From: Parcubacteria group bacterium
Lineage (GTDB): Bacteria; Patescibacteriota; Minisyncoccia; Phycocordibacterales; 21-14-all-47-15
Length of the DNA: 64,000 nucleotides
Assembly (NCBI GenBank): GCA_016181845.1
Contig: JACOYO010000005.1
Coordinates: 66,845 to 130,844 of the forward strand
Direction: 5' to 3'
The position numbers and the translations under genes were made by a program. This document shows positions 8,849 through 16,863 of this stretch, one piece after another. Under the pieces are notes generated by a model. The model was not told the DNA's origin. It saw only the letters and a list, made by a program, of their open reading frames with translations, and searched no databases. Each line of letters begins with the position of its first letter. The first letter of the stretch is position 1.

Positions 8849-10777
8849 CTATTTCCGTGGTCGGGAGAGCGCGTTCAAAAGAATATCAAGTTTCATGGTC
8901 GCCACGCCGCACACTTGGTCCGCGCCGCCATAGTATATATAGAGAAGCCCGTCGCAAGACACCATGCCACAGGGGAACACCACATTATTCACCAAACCGA
9001 TTTTTTCATATTCCGCTTCCGGCTCAAAAATCGGATCCGCTGAACGCGCGAGAACAATAGTCGGATCTTTCAAATCAAGGAGCGCCGCTCCGACACGGTA
9101 TGTATGATGCACTCGTGAAATCGCATGGTAGAGAAGCAGCCAGCCCTTTTTTGTTTTCATGGGCGGCGCGGTAATCCCCACTTTAATGCCATCCCATGAA
9201 CCCTGCCGCGGACCGAATATCCTGATGCACTTATTCACTTTGCTTTTTGCAAAATCAAGCGAATCAATATAGTCACCGCAGATGTCCGTCCCTACCCGAT
9301 GCAGAATGAAATATTTTTTACCAAATTTTTCCGACAAAAGACAGGTATCTTTATCATCAATAGCGACCGGAGTGATGAGCTCTGGTGGAGACCATCGGAA
9401 TACCTGATTGAGAAAATCTTTTTCCAATATGGACGACACAGCGACCCGCGGAGGCCCGATGCCGTCAAACGCCGTGTAGCACATGTAGATACGATTGCCG
9501 ATTTTTGTAATACGTGGATCTTCACAGCCGGAATTTTGTCCTTCTATTTTTTTCAACTCAAATGGCGCGCGTGGCACATATATCGGCTCTGAAGAACGCC
9601 AGTCAATATTGAGCCCGTCTTTCGTGGTCGCGTATCCGATGCGTGAAGTATTGTCGGAAGAAACCGCGCGATAAAAAAGATGCGTCTTTCCACCCAAACG
9701 AATTGCCCCGGGATTGAAAGTCGCTTTCGCTTCCCACGGGTGCGCGGTATGCGGAGTGATAATCGGATTCCCGGAAAATCGCTTGAAATGCCACTCGGGG
9801 GCTAGATTCGGACACATGCTTGAAGTTAAATCAATCATGCTCGCGGAAGCTGTACACCCAGTCGTGTCTGCCGCGCCATAGTAAAGATGAATCGTATCCC
9901 CAGAAAGAAGCGCGCCTGATGGAAACACGATATCGTCAACATGCCCCGAGCGTTCGTATGATTCTTCCGGAGAAAGAAGCGGCCCCTTGGTTCTCCCGAT
10001 AATTTTTGTCGGGTCTTCGTGGTCAAGCAAGAGCGCCTCTATGCCGAATACGCGAGGCGCGTTATCTTGTCCAGGAAAATAATTTTGGATATGCGAATAA
10101 AAGAGGAGCCACCCGTGCGGCGTTTTAATCGGCGGCGCGCCGACCTCCACATGGTCGTATGGCGTTCTCCTCGGGTCAATAGAGCTCTCGGGTATGCGCG
10201 CTTCAAAATCAGTCCATGTTTTTTTCGCCCATAGTTCTGAAATATCGTCTACTTGCACAATCGCCACCTTCGCGGGCGGGGTATCCGTGTGTGCGGAAAA
10301 AATCGCAGTTACCTTGCCGCCGATACGTTCGGGGAAAAGCACCATCGCTTTGGCATTAAAAGGAGTCACCAAATGCCGCTCGTCCACTTTTTTCAGATTT
10401 TTTGAAATCGCTACGGCAACCTTGATGCCTTCTGCCGAAAACGGATAGTTTGAGAGCGCCGTATAAAAGGTATAGTATGCCCCTTCAAAATAAGTAACGC
10501 GCGGGTCTTCGCATCCAAACTGTTCCCATTCGGCTTCCGGCGTAATAAACGGAGTGTGGTTGGTAAAGTGTTCTCCATCAATACTCTGCGCAATACCAAT
10601 AATTGAACGCTGACGCGGAGTTGCCAGCACATCTGGCAAAGACATCGCCCGATATAGCGCATATATCGTGCGCCCTCGCTTGATGACCGATGGATTGAAA
10701 GCCGCAAACGCATCCCAATAGTGTTCTGCGCTGGGGATTAAAACAGGATTGTGTTTTGAACGAGTAACGGTGAACAT
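8849..10777 (-). CDS. Tandem two-domain GH130-like glycoside phosphorylase/hydrolase
   Basis: Two repeats of NP..P, FNP, GCEDPR, VFPxG, YYGxAD. Confidence 0.88.
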   Translation of the reverse strand: MFTVTRSKHNPVLIPSAEHYWDAFAAFNPSVIKRGRTIYALYRAMSLPDVLATPRQRSIIGIAQSIDGEHFTNHTPFITPEAEWEQFGCEDPRVTYFEGAYYTFYTALSNYPFSAEGIKVAVAISKNLKKVDERHLVTPFNAKAMVLFPERIGGKVTAIFSAHTDTPPAKVAIVQVDDISELWAKKTWTDFEARIPESSIDPRRTPYDHVEVGAPPIKTPHGWLLFYSHIQNYFPGQDNAPRVFGIEALLLDHEDPTKIIGRTKGPLLSPEESYERSGHVDDIVFPSGALLSGDTIHLYYGAADTTGCTASASMIDLTSSMCPNLAPEWHFKRFSGNPIITPHTAHPWEAKATFNPGAIRLGGKTHLFYRAVSSDNTSRIGYATTKDGLNIDWRSSEPIYVPRAPFELKKIEGQNSGCEDPRITKIGNRIYMCYTAFDGIGPPRVAVSSILEKDFLNQVFRWSPPELITPVAIDDKDTCLLSEKFGKKYFILHRVGTDICGDYIDSLDFAKSKVNKCIRIFGPRQGSWDGIKVGITAPPMKTKKGWLLLYHAISRVHHTYRVGAALLDLKDPTIVLARSADPIFEPEAEYEKIGLVNNVVFPCGMVSCDGLLYIYYGGADQVCGVATMKLDILLNALSRPRK

Positions 10778-10833
10778 AATGTATTGTTAATAAAATAATT
10801 CACAAAGTGTCATTGCATTATGATACCGTGAAT

Positions 10834-10945
10834 TACGAAAACGCAAAATGTAAATCGAAAAATGCAAAACAACATCGTAAAGTTTAAAATATTTTGAATT
10901 TTAAATTGTTGTTTTGCATTTTTAGTTTTTAGTTTTTAGTTTCTT
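10834..10945. repeat. Heptad-periodic imperfect inverted repeat
   Basis: (CGAAAA/GCAAAAT)n...(TTTTTAG)n arms; resembles the 42927 hairpin family. Confidence 0.75.
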
Positions 10946-10975
10946 TATTTTTACCAGAGAATTTTGATTCGTAGG

Positions 10976-12166
10976 TTAATGTTTCGTAATCAACGATGGT
11001 GATATATTTTTACGCGCTAGTTTCGTTGAACCCAAAGTACGGAGCGACTTCAAAAATGGCTCAAGCTCTGCCGCCGCAACGCACACTACTTTATCCGCCC
11101 CTCCATAATACACGAAAAGCCATCCGTCCTTCACTATCGCGCCGCAGGCATACACGACTCCCGACTTGAATCCTTCGTTCTCATACCATTCATCAGGCTC
11201 TAAAATCGGTTGGCGTGAACGCACGAGCACTTTTGTCGGTTCCTCTAAATCAAGAAGCATCGCCCCAAGTTTGTAACGATTCGGGTCTTTGATATCCATC
11301 GCGTGATATAGCACGAGCCAGCCGTATGCAGTTTTAATCGGCGCGGGACCGACGCCGCGGAGCGCGTTGTCCCACGCATCTTTGTATCCGCCGCCAGGAT
11401 GTTTGCTTTGGATAAATTTCGCGCCGTCAAATGAATCAATATCATCCACATAGTCAATGAGAATGCTCTGTGAGATGCCGTGCAAGATGGCATACTTCCC
11501 GTTTATTTTTTCCGGGAAAAGCACCCAGTTTTTGTGAATTTCTCCCGGAGGTGAAACGAACACCGGCGTCTTCCAACGCCACCGCTCATTCACAAAGTTA
11601 TCAAAGCTGATTGAGGTGAGCGCGATTCTGACCGAACCCCATCCGTCAAATGAAGTGTAGAGCATAAACACTCTGTCGCCGAGCAATGTCAATCGCGGGT
11701 CCTCGCTTCCGCCGTTCCATCCTCCTCCCGACCCATACAATACCGGCATGGTCATATGTGATTTCTCTCTCCCCAAAAAACCTTGCGCAAATGCCGGCGA
11801 TTTCCCGCGAATATCAATGGTCACCCCATCAGAACTTCCGGCGTAGCCAAACACCGACACGTCGCCTTCCCCGATTGCCCGATAGATTAGATGCACCTTA
11901 CCGCCGCCATACACCGCGCTTGGATTAAAAGTCGCTTTTGATTCCCATGTCCTGTGCGCAACTGGACTAATAATCGGATTTGAAGACGCCCTTACCAGAG
12001 CCACTACATTCGTGGTTTTGCTTTTTTTTCTGATTGTTTTTTTGGACTTTCTTTTCTGCGTCTTTTTTAAAAGAGGAGCCGCACGCTTGACGCGCGTTTT
12101 TTGTTTCTTGCGTATCGCAATCTTTTTTTTGATGGTTTTTTTCTTTTTTGATTTAGACGCGGCCAT
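10976..12166 (-). CDS. GH130-like glycosidase with Lys-rich N-terminal tail
   Basis: TFNPSA, GSEDPR, KNWVLFPEKINGK, YYGGAD. Confidence 0.88.
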   Translation of the reverse strand: MAASKSKKKKTIKKKIAIRKKQKTRVKRAAPLLKKTQKRKSKKTIRKKSKTTNVVALVRASSNPIISPVAHRTWESKATFNPSAVYGGGKVHLIYRAIGEGDVSVFGYAGSSDGVTIDIRGKSPAFAQGFLGREKSHMTMPVLYGSGGGWNGGSEDPRLTLLGDRVFMLYTSFDGWGSVRIALTSISFDNFVNERWRWKTPVFVSPPGEIHKNWVLFPEKINGKYAILHGISQSILIDYVDDIDSFDGAKFIQSKHPGGGYKDAWDNALRGVGPAPIKTAYGWLVLYHAMDIKDPNRYKLGAMLLDLEEPTKVLVRSRQPILEPDEWYENEGFKSGVVYACGAIVKDGWLFVYYGGADKVVCVAAAELEPFLKSLRTLGSTKLARKNISPSLITKH

Positions 12167-12309
12167 AATTATCTTTGATGTGGGCAATACAGTTCTCATC
12201 AAAACCGCCACGCGCTACGGTCACTTGCGGCGCGCCGCTTGTGTACTGTAGAAATTCACCCAAAGGTCGTTTTTCGGTAAACGGTTTCTTTATCATTATG
12301 GTAATTATA

Positions 12310-13104
12310 TCATAATTCCAATAAGACGTCCGGCATCTTATTTGAAAGAATCTGACGGATAATATCTTTTGTTTCCGCAATTCCCTCTTTTTCTACCGAC
12401 TGATACAAGACGCCAAGCGATATGACAGACGCATCATTTCCGCCATGGAAAAGCGCGTCGCCCACGTAAAATACCTGCTTCGGCTCATATCGTAAACGAC
12501 GCATAAGTTTTTTAATTCCATACGCTTTATCAATTCCCTTTCTGGTAATATCAATGGAAGTCGCGCCGCCTATGCTTATGGAAAAATCGGGGAGTTCCGC
12601 GCGGAGCTCCCGCGCGAGTACGATTCGTTTCGCATGGTCGGGGTCCCACTTTTCTTTGAGCGAGAGCGGCGCCTCGCTCCCCAATCCTGAAAAAGTAATC
12701 TGTGTATCGCGGTCTTCAATAAGCACGCCGTACACTTTTTCCGGTTTTTTGAAATTTGTTTTTTTAAACGCCTGCTCAAGCGCCTCAAAAATTTTTTTCT
12801 TTTCCGCATCGGTAAATGCCACGCGGTAGACGCTCACCCATGCGTTATCTTTGTATTCATATAAACTCGCCCCATTCGTCGGCAGTAAAAAAAGATTTTT
12901 GAATGCTTCTGGCGGACATGTAAGCCCTCTTAAAAACTGCGTTTCAAATTGCGTGAACGCGGCGCCCGATATCACGGCGACTTTCTTTATCCTGAGTAGC
13001 GCGCACAAAAGCGCCGACATATCGGGGTCAAGCGGCATTTTGCTTTCCGTCAATGTCTTATCCAAATCAAAGATGATAATATCGGCGGTATCCTCGTGTT
13101 TCAT
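12310..13104 (-). CDS. HAD-IIB hydrolase, phosphomannomutase-like
   Basis: FDLDKTL, ISG, GGATSIDIT..GIDKA, YVGDALFHGGND. Confidence 0.85.
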   Translation of the reverse strand: MKHEDTADIIIFDLDKTLTESKMPLDPDMSALLCALLRIKKVAVISGAAFTQFETQFLRGLTCPPEAFKNLFLLPTNGASLYEYKDNAWVSVYRVAFTDAEKKKIFEALEQAFKKTNFKKPEKVYGVLIEDRDTQITFSGLGSEAPLSLKEKWDPDHAKRIVLARELRAELPDFSISIGGATSIDITRKGIDKAYGIKKLMRRLRYEPKQVFYVGDALFHGGNDASVISLGVLYQSVEKEGIAETKDIIRQILSNKMPDVLLEL

Positions 13105-13124
13105 TATTCCTAATTATACATCAG

Positions 13125-13277
13125 TTATATTTTTCTAGTATCCGCCCAAAGAAAAATAACTCCTAGGGCTAAAAAGAGCCCTGCTTCAAACCAATTATGT
13201 TTTTGGAGCGCCTCAATAAGCGCAATACCAAAGAAAATTATAAAAACGGCCAGATTTGTGAACGGCGGTAGGTTCAT
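13125..13277 (-). CDS. Small two-TM membrane protein
   Basis: 50 aa hydrophobic ORF; TGnTATAAT 6 nt before ATG. Confidence 0.65.
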   Translation of the reverse strand: MNLPPFTNLAVFIIFFGIALIEALQKHNWFEAGLFLALGVIFLWADTRKI

Positions 13278-13560
13278 GGGTTTATTATAACAGTTGCCAT
13301 AGTCGCCCGCGCCGAAGGCGCGTGCTTCTTCCCGCCTTTCGGATTCGGAAGTTTCTTTCTGCGGAGACGATCTCCGCAAATTTTAACCAAAAAAGTGGTT
13401 CAAATTCAAGGATATTGATAAAAGCATACAGGAATTGATGGCTATGTTCAAGCAACACCGAATAATGGTGTCATGTACCATTTATAATATGCTCACAACA
13501 TGAGGCGTGGATAATAAAGAAAGGTACCTGACACCATTACCCCCTGTGGATAAATAAAAC

Positions 13561-13605
13561 TTGCATATTCCGTACATATCCTGTAACATACGGAGTATGT
13601 ACGGA
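13561..13605 (+). promoter_or_regulatory. Promoter with overlapping 10-bp inverted-repeat operator
   Basis: TTGCAT-17-TAACAT; TCCGTACATA (13569-13578) / TATGTACGGA (13596-13605). Confidence 0.6.
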
Positions 13606-13645
13606 CAATCTGTACAAAATTATCAAATAATAACCAAAATTAATT

Positions 13646-14317
13646 ATGGATAATAAAACTATTCGTTTTGAAATGAGAATTGATCCAGCACTGATTGTTC
13701 AAATAGATGGGTGGGCAAAAAAACGTGAGATCCCCCGCTCCGAAGCCGTAAGAGCATTAATTTCAAGGGGGCTGGGAATGGATATTAGTAAGGGAGAAAA
13801 ACTTATTCTCTCAACCTTAAGTAATATTGCGAACGAGTTGAAGTTAGAAAATACGAAAAGAGAAATCGATCTCATTGTAAAAGCACTATTTCACGGTAAA
13901 TCGTGGGCAATAGACTGGGAACATGAGTGGGTCAACACAGATGATGGACCTTATAAATATGTCGAAGAAACTATTAACATTCTTAGTATGTGGGATTATC
14001 TCTCACATATATACAAAAAATTACCTAAAAAAGATCGCGAAATGGTTGATGGCGCCTGTTCTTTTATGAAATGGGGAAAATTCCCAGGCTTTGATGGTAA
14101 TAACGAGCCACATTTTGGTATTGCCCGCTTTCTTATAGAAGACATGAAAAGATTTACCAACTTCGATCCCCAAAAAATTAATTCTCACTTTCCTGTAGTG
14201 GACAACTATCTGAGCATGTATTCAGAGTTCGATAAGCAACATTATAAAAATAGAAAACCCATCGGAGTGAGCGAATTAATAACCATTACAAAAAAATTCG
14301 AGATTTCTAACAATTAA
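13646..14317 (+). CDS. RHH (CopG-like) domain fused to YfbU-family domain
   Basis: N-terminal RFEMRID...RSEAVRALI; YfbU-like ILSMW and FPGFDGNNE. Confidence 0.75.
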   Translation: MDNKTIRFEMRIDPALIVQIDGWAKKREIPRSEAVRALISRGLGMDISKGEKLILSTLSNIANELKLENTKREIDLIVKALFHGKSWAIDWEHEWVNTDDGPYKYVEETINILSMWDYLSHIYKKLPKKDREMVDGACSFMKWGKFPGFDGNNEPHFGIARFLIEDMKRFTNFDPQKINSHFPVVDNYLSMYSEFDKQHYKNRKPIGVSELITITKKFEISNN

Positions 14318-14958
14318 CTCGCTATTTCAAAAATCTTTCTTACTAATCCTGTCCGCGCATAAAACGCACGAGTAATAGGGCGACGCTCACCAGTTCGCGG
14401 ATTGATTCCGCCTGTTCCTTTTGTACGTGCCTGTATCCATTTGCCGTCTTTCCCAGTGAGAGCATCAAATCCTTCTTTGATCAATTTTGCGCGAATAAAA
14501 TCGTAGTCCGCTTTTATTTCCTTTATCAGCTCGTCATCCTCTGCAAAATCCAAACTCGTTACTTCCAAGAGCTTCGCGTTTTTTGCGTTTTGTCCGTTCC
14601 ACTCAACCGCACAGAAAACAATGGCTTTCAATTTAGCCCAAGCATGGCTCTCAAAAAAATCATGCTGTTTCAACTCTGCGGGATTGATCATTGTGATCGC
14701 CATTGTTTCTTTTGGCACAAGCTTGCCTTTTACTTTGTGAAAAGCAACTGACTTCAATTCATAAGTCAGTCCATTCGGTGCTTTTGATACATTATTTTGG
14801 AGCCCTGCTAAGCGTTCCAAAACAAGACCTTTCCAACCTTTGTTTTGCTTTCCAGTTTCGTATGTCGTAATGCCGTACTTTAAAGCCAGTGTTCGCAAAT
14901 CTTGCCCAATATACTTTTTTAAATTTTTTATCGCAATAGCGCGGGTTATGATTTTCAT
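14314..14958 (-). CDS. MutH/Sau3AI family endonuclease
   Basis: NKGWKGLVLE, ELKS, PKETMAITMI, WIQARTKG, RAFYAR. Confidence 0.85.
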   Translation of the reverse strand: MKIITRAIAIKNLKKYIGQDLRTLALKYGITTYETGKQNKGWKGLVLERLAGLQNNVSKAPNGLTYELKSVAFHKVKGKLVPKETMAITMINPAELKQHDFFESHAWAKLKAIVFCAVEWNGQNAKNAKLLEVTSLDFAEDDELIKEIKADYDFIRAKLIKEGFDALTGKDGKWIQARTKGTGGINPRTGERRPITRAFYARTGLVRKIFEIAS

Positions 14959-15767
14959 ACTTTTGCTTTTTTATTTTTTAAATTTCGATCCAATTCCTCG
15001 AACCGCTTTATTGATATATCTAAAAACTTTTTTTCAAGATCAACCCCAATAAAATTTCTGCCAAATAAATGTGCGACAATCCCCGTCGTAGAACTTCCAG
15101 TGAACGGATCAATTATTAAATCACCTTTGTTTGTACTAGCAAGAACAATTCTTTTCAGCAAGTCCTCGGGTTTTTGCGTTGGATGTTTCCCAAATTTTTT
15201 TTCTATTGTTTTTGGAGTTCCTATTGACCAAACCGAACGCATTTGAAGCCCGGGCTTTTTTAATGCATCCTCTGGCCAAGTGCCATTTTTCATTAAATCA
15301 TAATTGAAAATATGTTTTGCTTTCTTGTCTTTTTTCGCCCAAACAAGTGTTTCGTGGCTTGCGGTGAAAAAACGGCAACTTAAATTTGGCGATGCGTTCG
15401 GTTTGAACCAAGCAACATCATTGAGAACATGAAATCCAGCAACCTGAAGCGCGAAGCCACATTGATAAATTGAGTGATAAGTTCCACTAATCCAAATTGT
15501 TCCACTTGGTTTCAGGACACGCCTAACTGCTTGTATCCAAGCAAGATGAAATTCAAAATCTTTTTTCAGCCCGTTACTTTTATCCCACGCTCCTTTATTA
15601 ACACTTACTCTCTGTCCAGCGTGGACAGTGAAGCCTCCATTTGAAAGCAAATACGGCGGATCCGCAAAAATCATATCAACCGAATTTTCAGGAAGCTCTC
15701 CTAACAAATTCAAACAGTCCGCTTGGTAAAGTTTAAACTTCGGTTTTTCGTAATATGGTTTTTGCAT
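14955..15767 (-). CDS. Beta-class N6A/N4C DNA methyltransferase (DpnA/MboIB-like)
   Basis: DPPY, SVNKGAWD, HPTQKP, DPFTGSSTTG; 4-nt overlap with nuclease gene. Confidence 0.9.
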   Translation of the reverse strand: MQKPYYEKPKFKLYQADCLNLLGELPENSVDMIFADPPYLLSNGGFTVHAGQRVSVNKGAWDKSNGLKKDFEFHLAWIQAVRRVLKPSGTIWISGTYHSIYQCGFALQVAGFHVLNDVAWFKPNASPNLSCRFFTASHETLVWAKKDKKAKHIFNYDLMKNGTWPEDALKKPGLQMRSVWSIGTPKTIEKKFGKHPTQKPEDLLKRIVLASTNKGDLIIDPFTGSSTTGIVAHLFGRNFIGVDLEKKFLDISIKRFEELDRNLKNKKAKV

Positions 15768-15873
15768 AAAACTTTTTTCAATTCAAAAAATTAAAAACTT
15801 GACCGAATCCCTCCTCGCGTCAATAGACGCCACTTTTGAATAACTATGGAAACGCTATTCAAAAATGTCGTTA

Positions 15874-15964
15874 CGGAGAGGGAGGGATTCGAACCCTCGA
15901 TGAGGTTTTAAGGCCCCATAGCGGATTAGCAATCCGCCGCTTTCAGCCGCTCAGCCACCTCTCC
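15874..15964 (-). tRNA. tRNA-Ser(GCT)
   Basis: GGAGAGG/CCTCTCC acceptor, GCGGA-TTGCTAA-TCCGC anticodon arm, long variable arm, GGTTCGAATCC. Confidence 0.96.
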
Positions 15965-15969
15965 AAATG

Positions 15970-16218
15970 TTATTGTGTATTTTTTAAAAGATATTTAATT
16001 CGCTCTCTGCCTTTCCCTGATTTCAAAAATTTTTCTTCTATTTTCGCATCTTTTTCAGAAATAAATGCTTCGTAATAAATTAATTTCCATGGCCCATTAT
16101 TTCTCGTGAAAATAGATTTCCCTAAATTGTGTTCTTTTATCCTTCTTTTTAAGTCATTGGTAAAACCCTTATACAGTTTGTTATTCCTAACGCTTTTTAA
16201 TATATACACATAATACAT
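15970..16218 (-). CDS. Stand-alone GIY-YIG nuclease
   Basis: YYVYILKS...LYKGFTNDLKRRIKEHN...YYEAF...EKFLKSG. Confidence 0.9.
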   Translation of the reverse strand: MYYVYILKSVRNNKLYKGFTNDLKRRIKEHNLGKSIFTRNNGPWKLIYYEAFISEKDAKIEEKFLKSGKGRERIKYLLKNTQ

Positions 16219-16261
16219 AGTATTGTCGCTCCCAGCCCTAGGCTGGTCGGCCCCGGGCCGA

Positions 16262-16274
16262 AGCCACCTCTCCA
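16262..16274 (-). repeat. 13-bp duplicate of the tRNA-Ser 5' end
   Basis: TGGAGAGGTGGCT identical to 15953-15965; brackets the GIY-YIG gene. Confidence 0.8.
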
Positions 16275-16364
16275 TTATATATATGCTACAAAAACTTTAG
16301 TAATCACATAGTAGCCAATTTTTGCGAAAAAACCAACTATCTTTCTTTTCGTGTTCAAAAAAAT

Positions 16365-16394
16365 AAAGGGGCAATTAACAAATTGCCCCTTTTT
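16365..16394 (-). terminator. Intrinsic terminator of oxidoreductase operon
   Basis: AAAGGGGCAATT-AACA-AATTGCCCCTTT. Confidence 0.75.
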
Positions 16395-16397
16395 GCT

Positions 16398-16862
16398 TCA
16401 CAAGCCGAGTCCTTTTTCAAACGCATTCTGATTCATGAGCCGCATCCGAGGTGCCTTGCATTCAGATTCAATCGCCGCGCACACTGCTTCTTTTGATAGC
16501 GGCACGTATGTTCGCGCTACTAGCATGCCGAGCAACACGTATCCACGCGCATTTTCCAACATGTGCCGATTTGCTTCTGATGGAATTGAGAGATACCACG
16601 TTTCTTCGCGCGTGCGAAGCGTCGCCCAAGAAGCACATATATCAATGCCGACATCGGGCTTCCATTCCACTACCGGATTGCACGGCATATCAGAGACAAC
16701 CAAATGACAGTTTGAGACACCACCCCTAACTGCCGTGTCATACTCGGGCGCCAGCGCAACATAACACGAAGGATTTTCTGCCATTATTGCACGACAAATA
16801 ATCGCTCCCAATGTATGCACTCCAAACCCGCCTTTCCCAAAAATAATCATTGAGAGTTCCAT
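16398..16862 (-). CDS. 2-oxoacid:ferredoxin oxidoreductase gamma subunit-like (divergent)
   Basis: IFGKGGFG, PEYDTAVRGG, VLLGML, NQNAFEKG. Confidence 0.75.
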   Translation of the reverse strand: MELSMIIFGKGGFGVHTLGAIICRAIMAENPSCYVALAPEYDTAVRGGVSNCHLVVSDMPCNPVVEWKPDVGIDICASWATLRTREETWYLSIPSEANRHMLENARGYVLLGMLVARTYVPLSKEAVCAAIESECKAPRMRLMNQNAFEKGLGL

Positions 16863-16863
16863 A

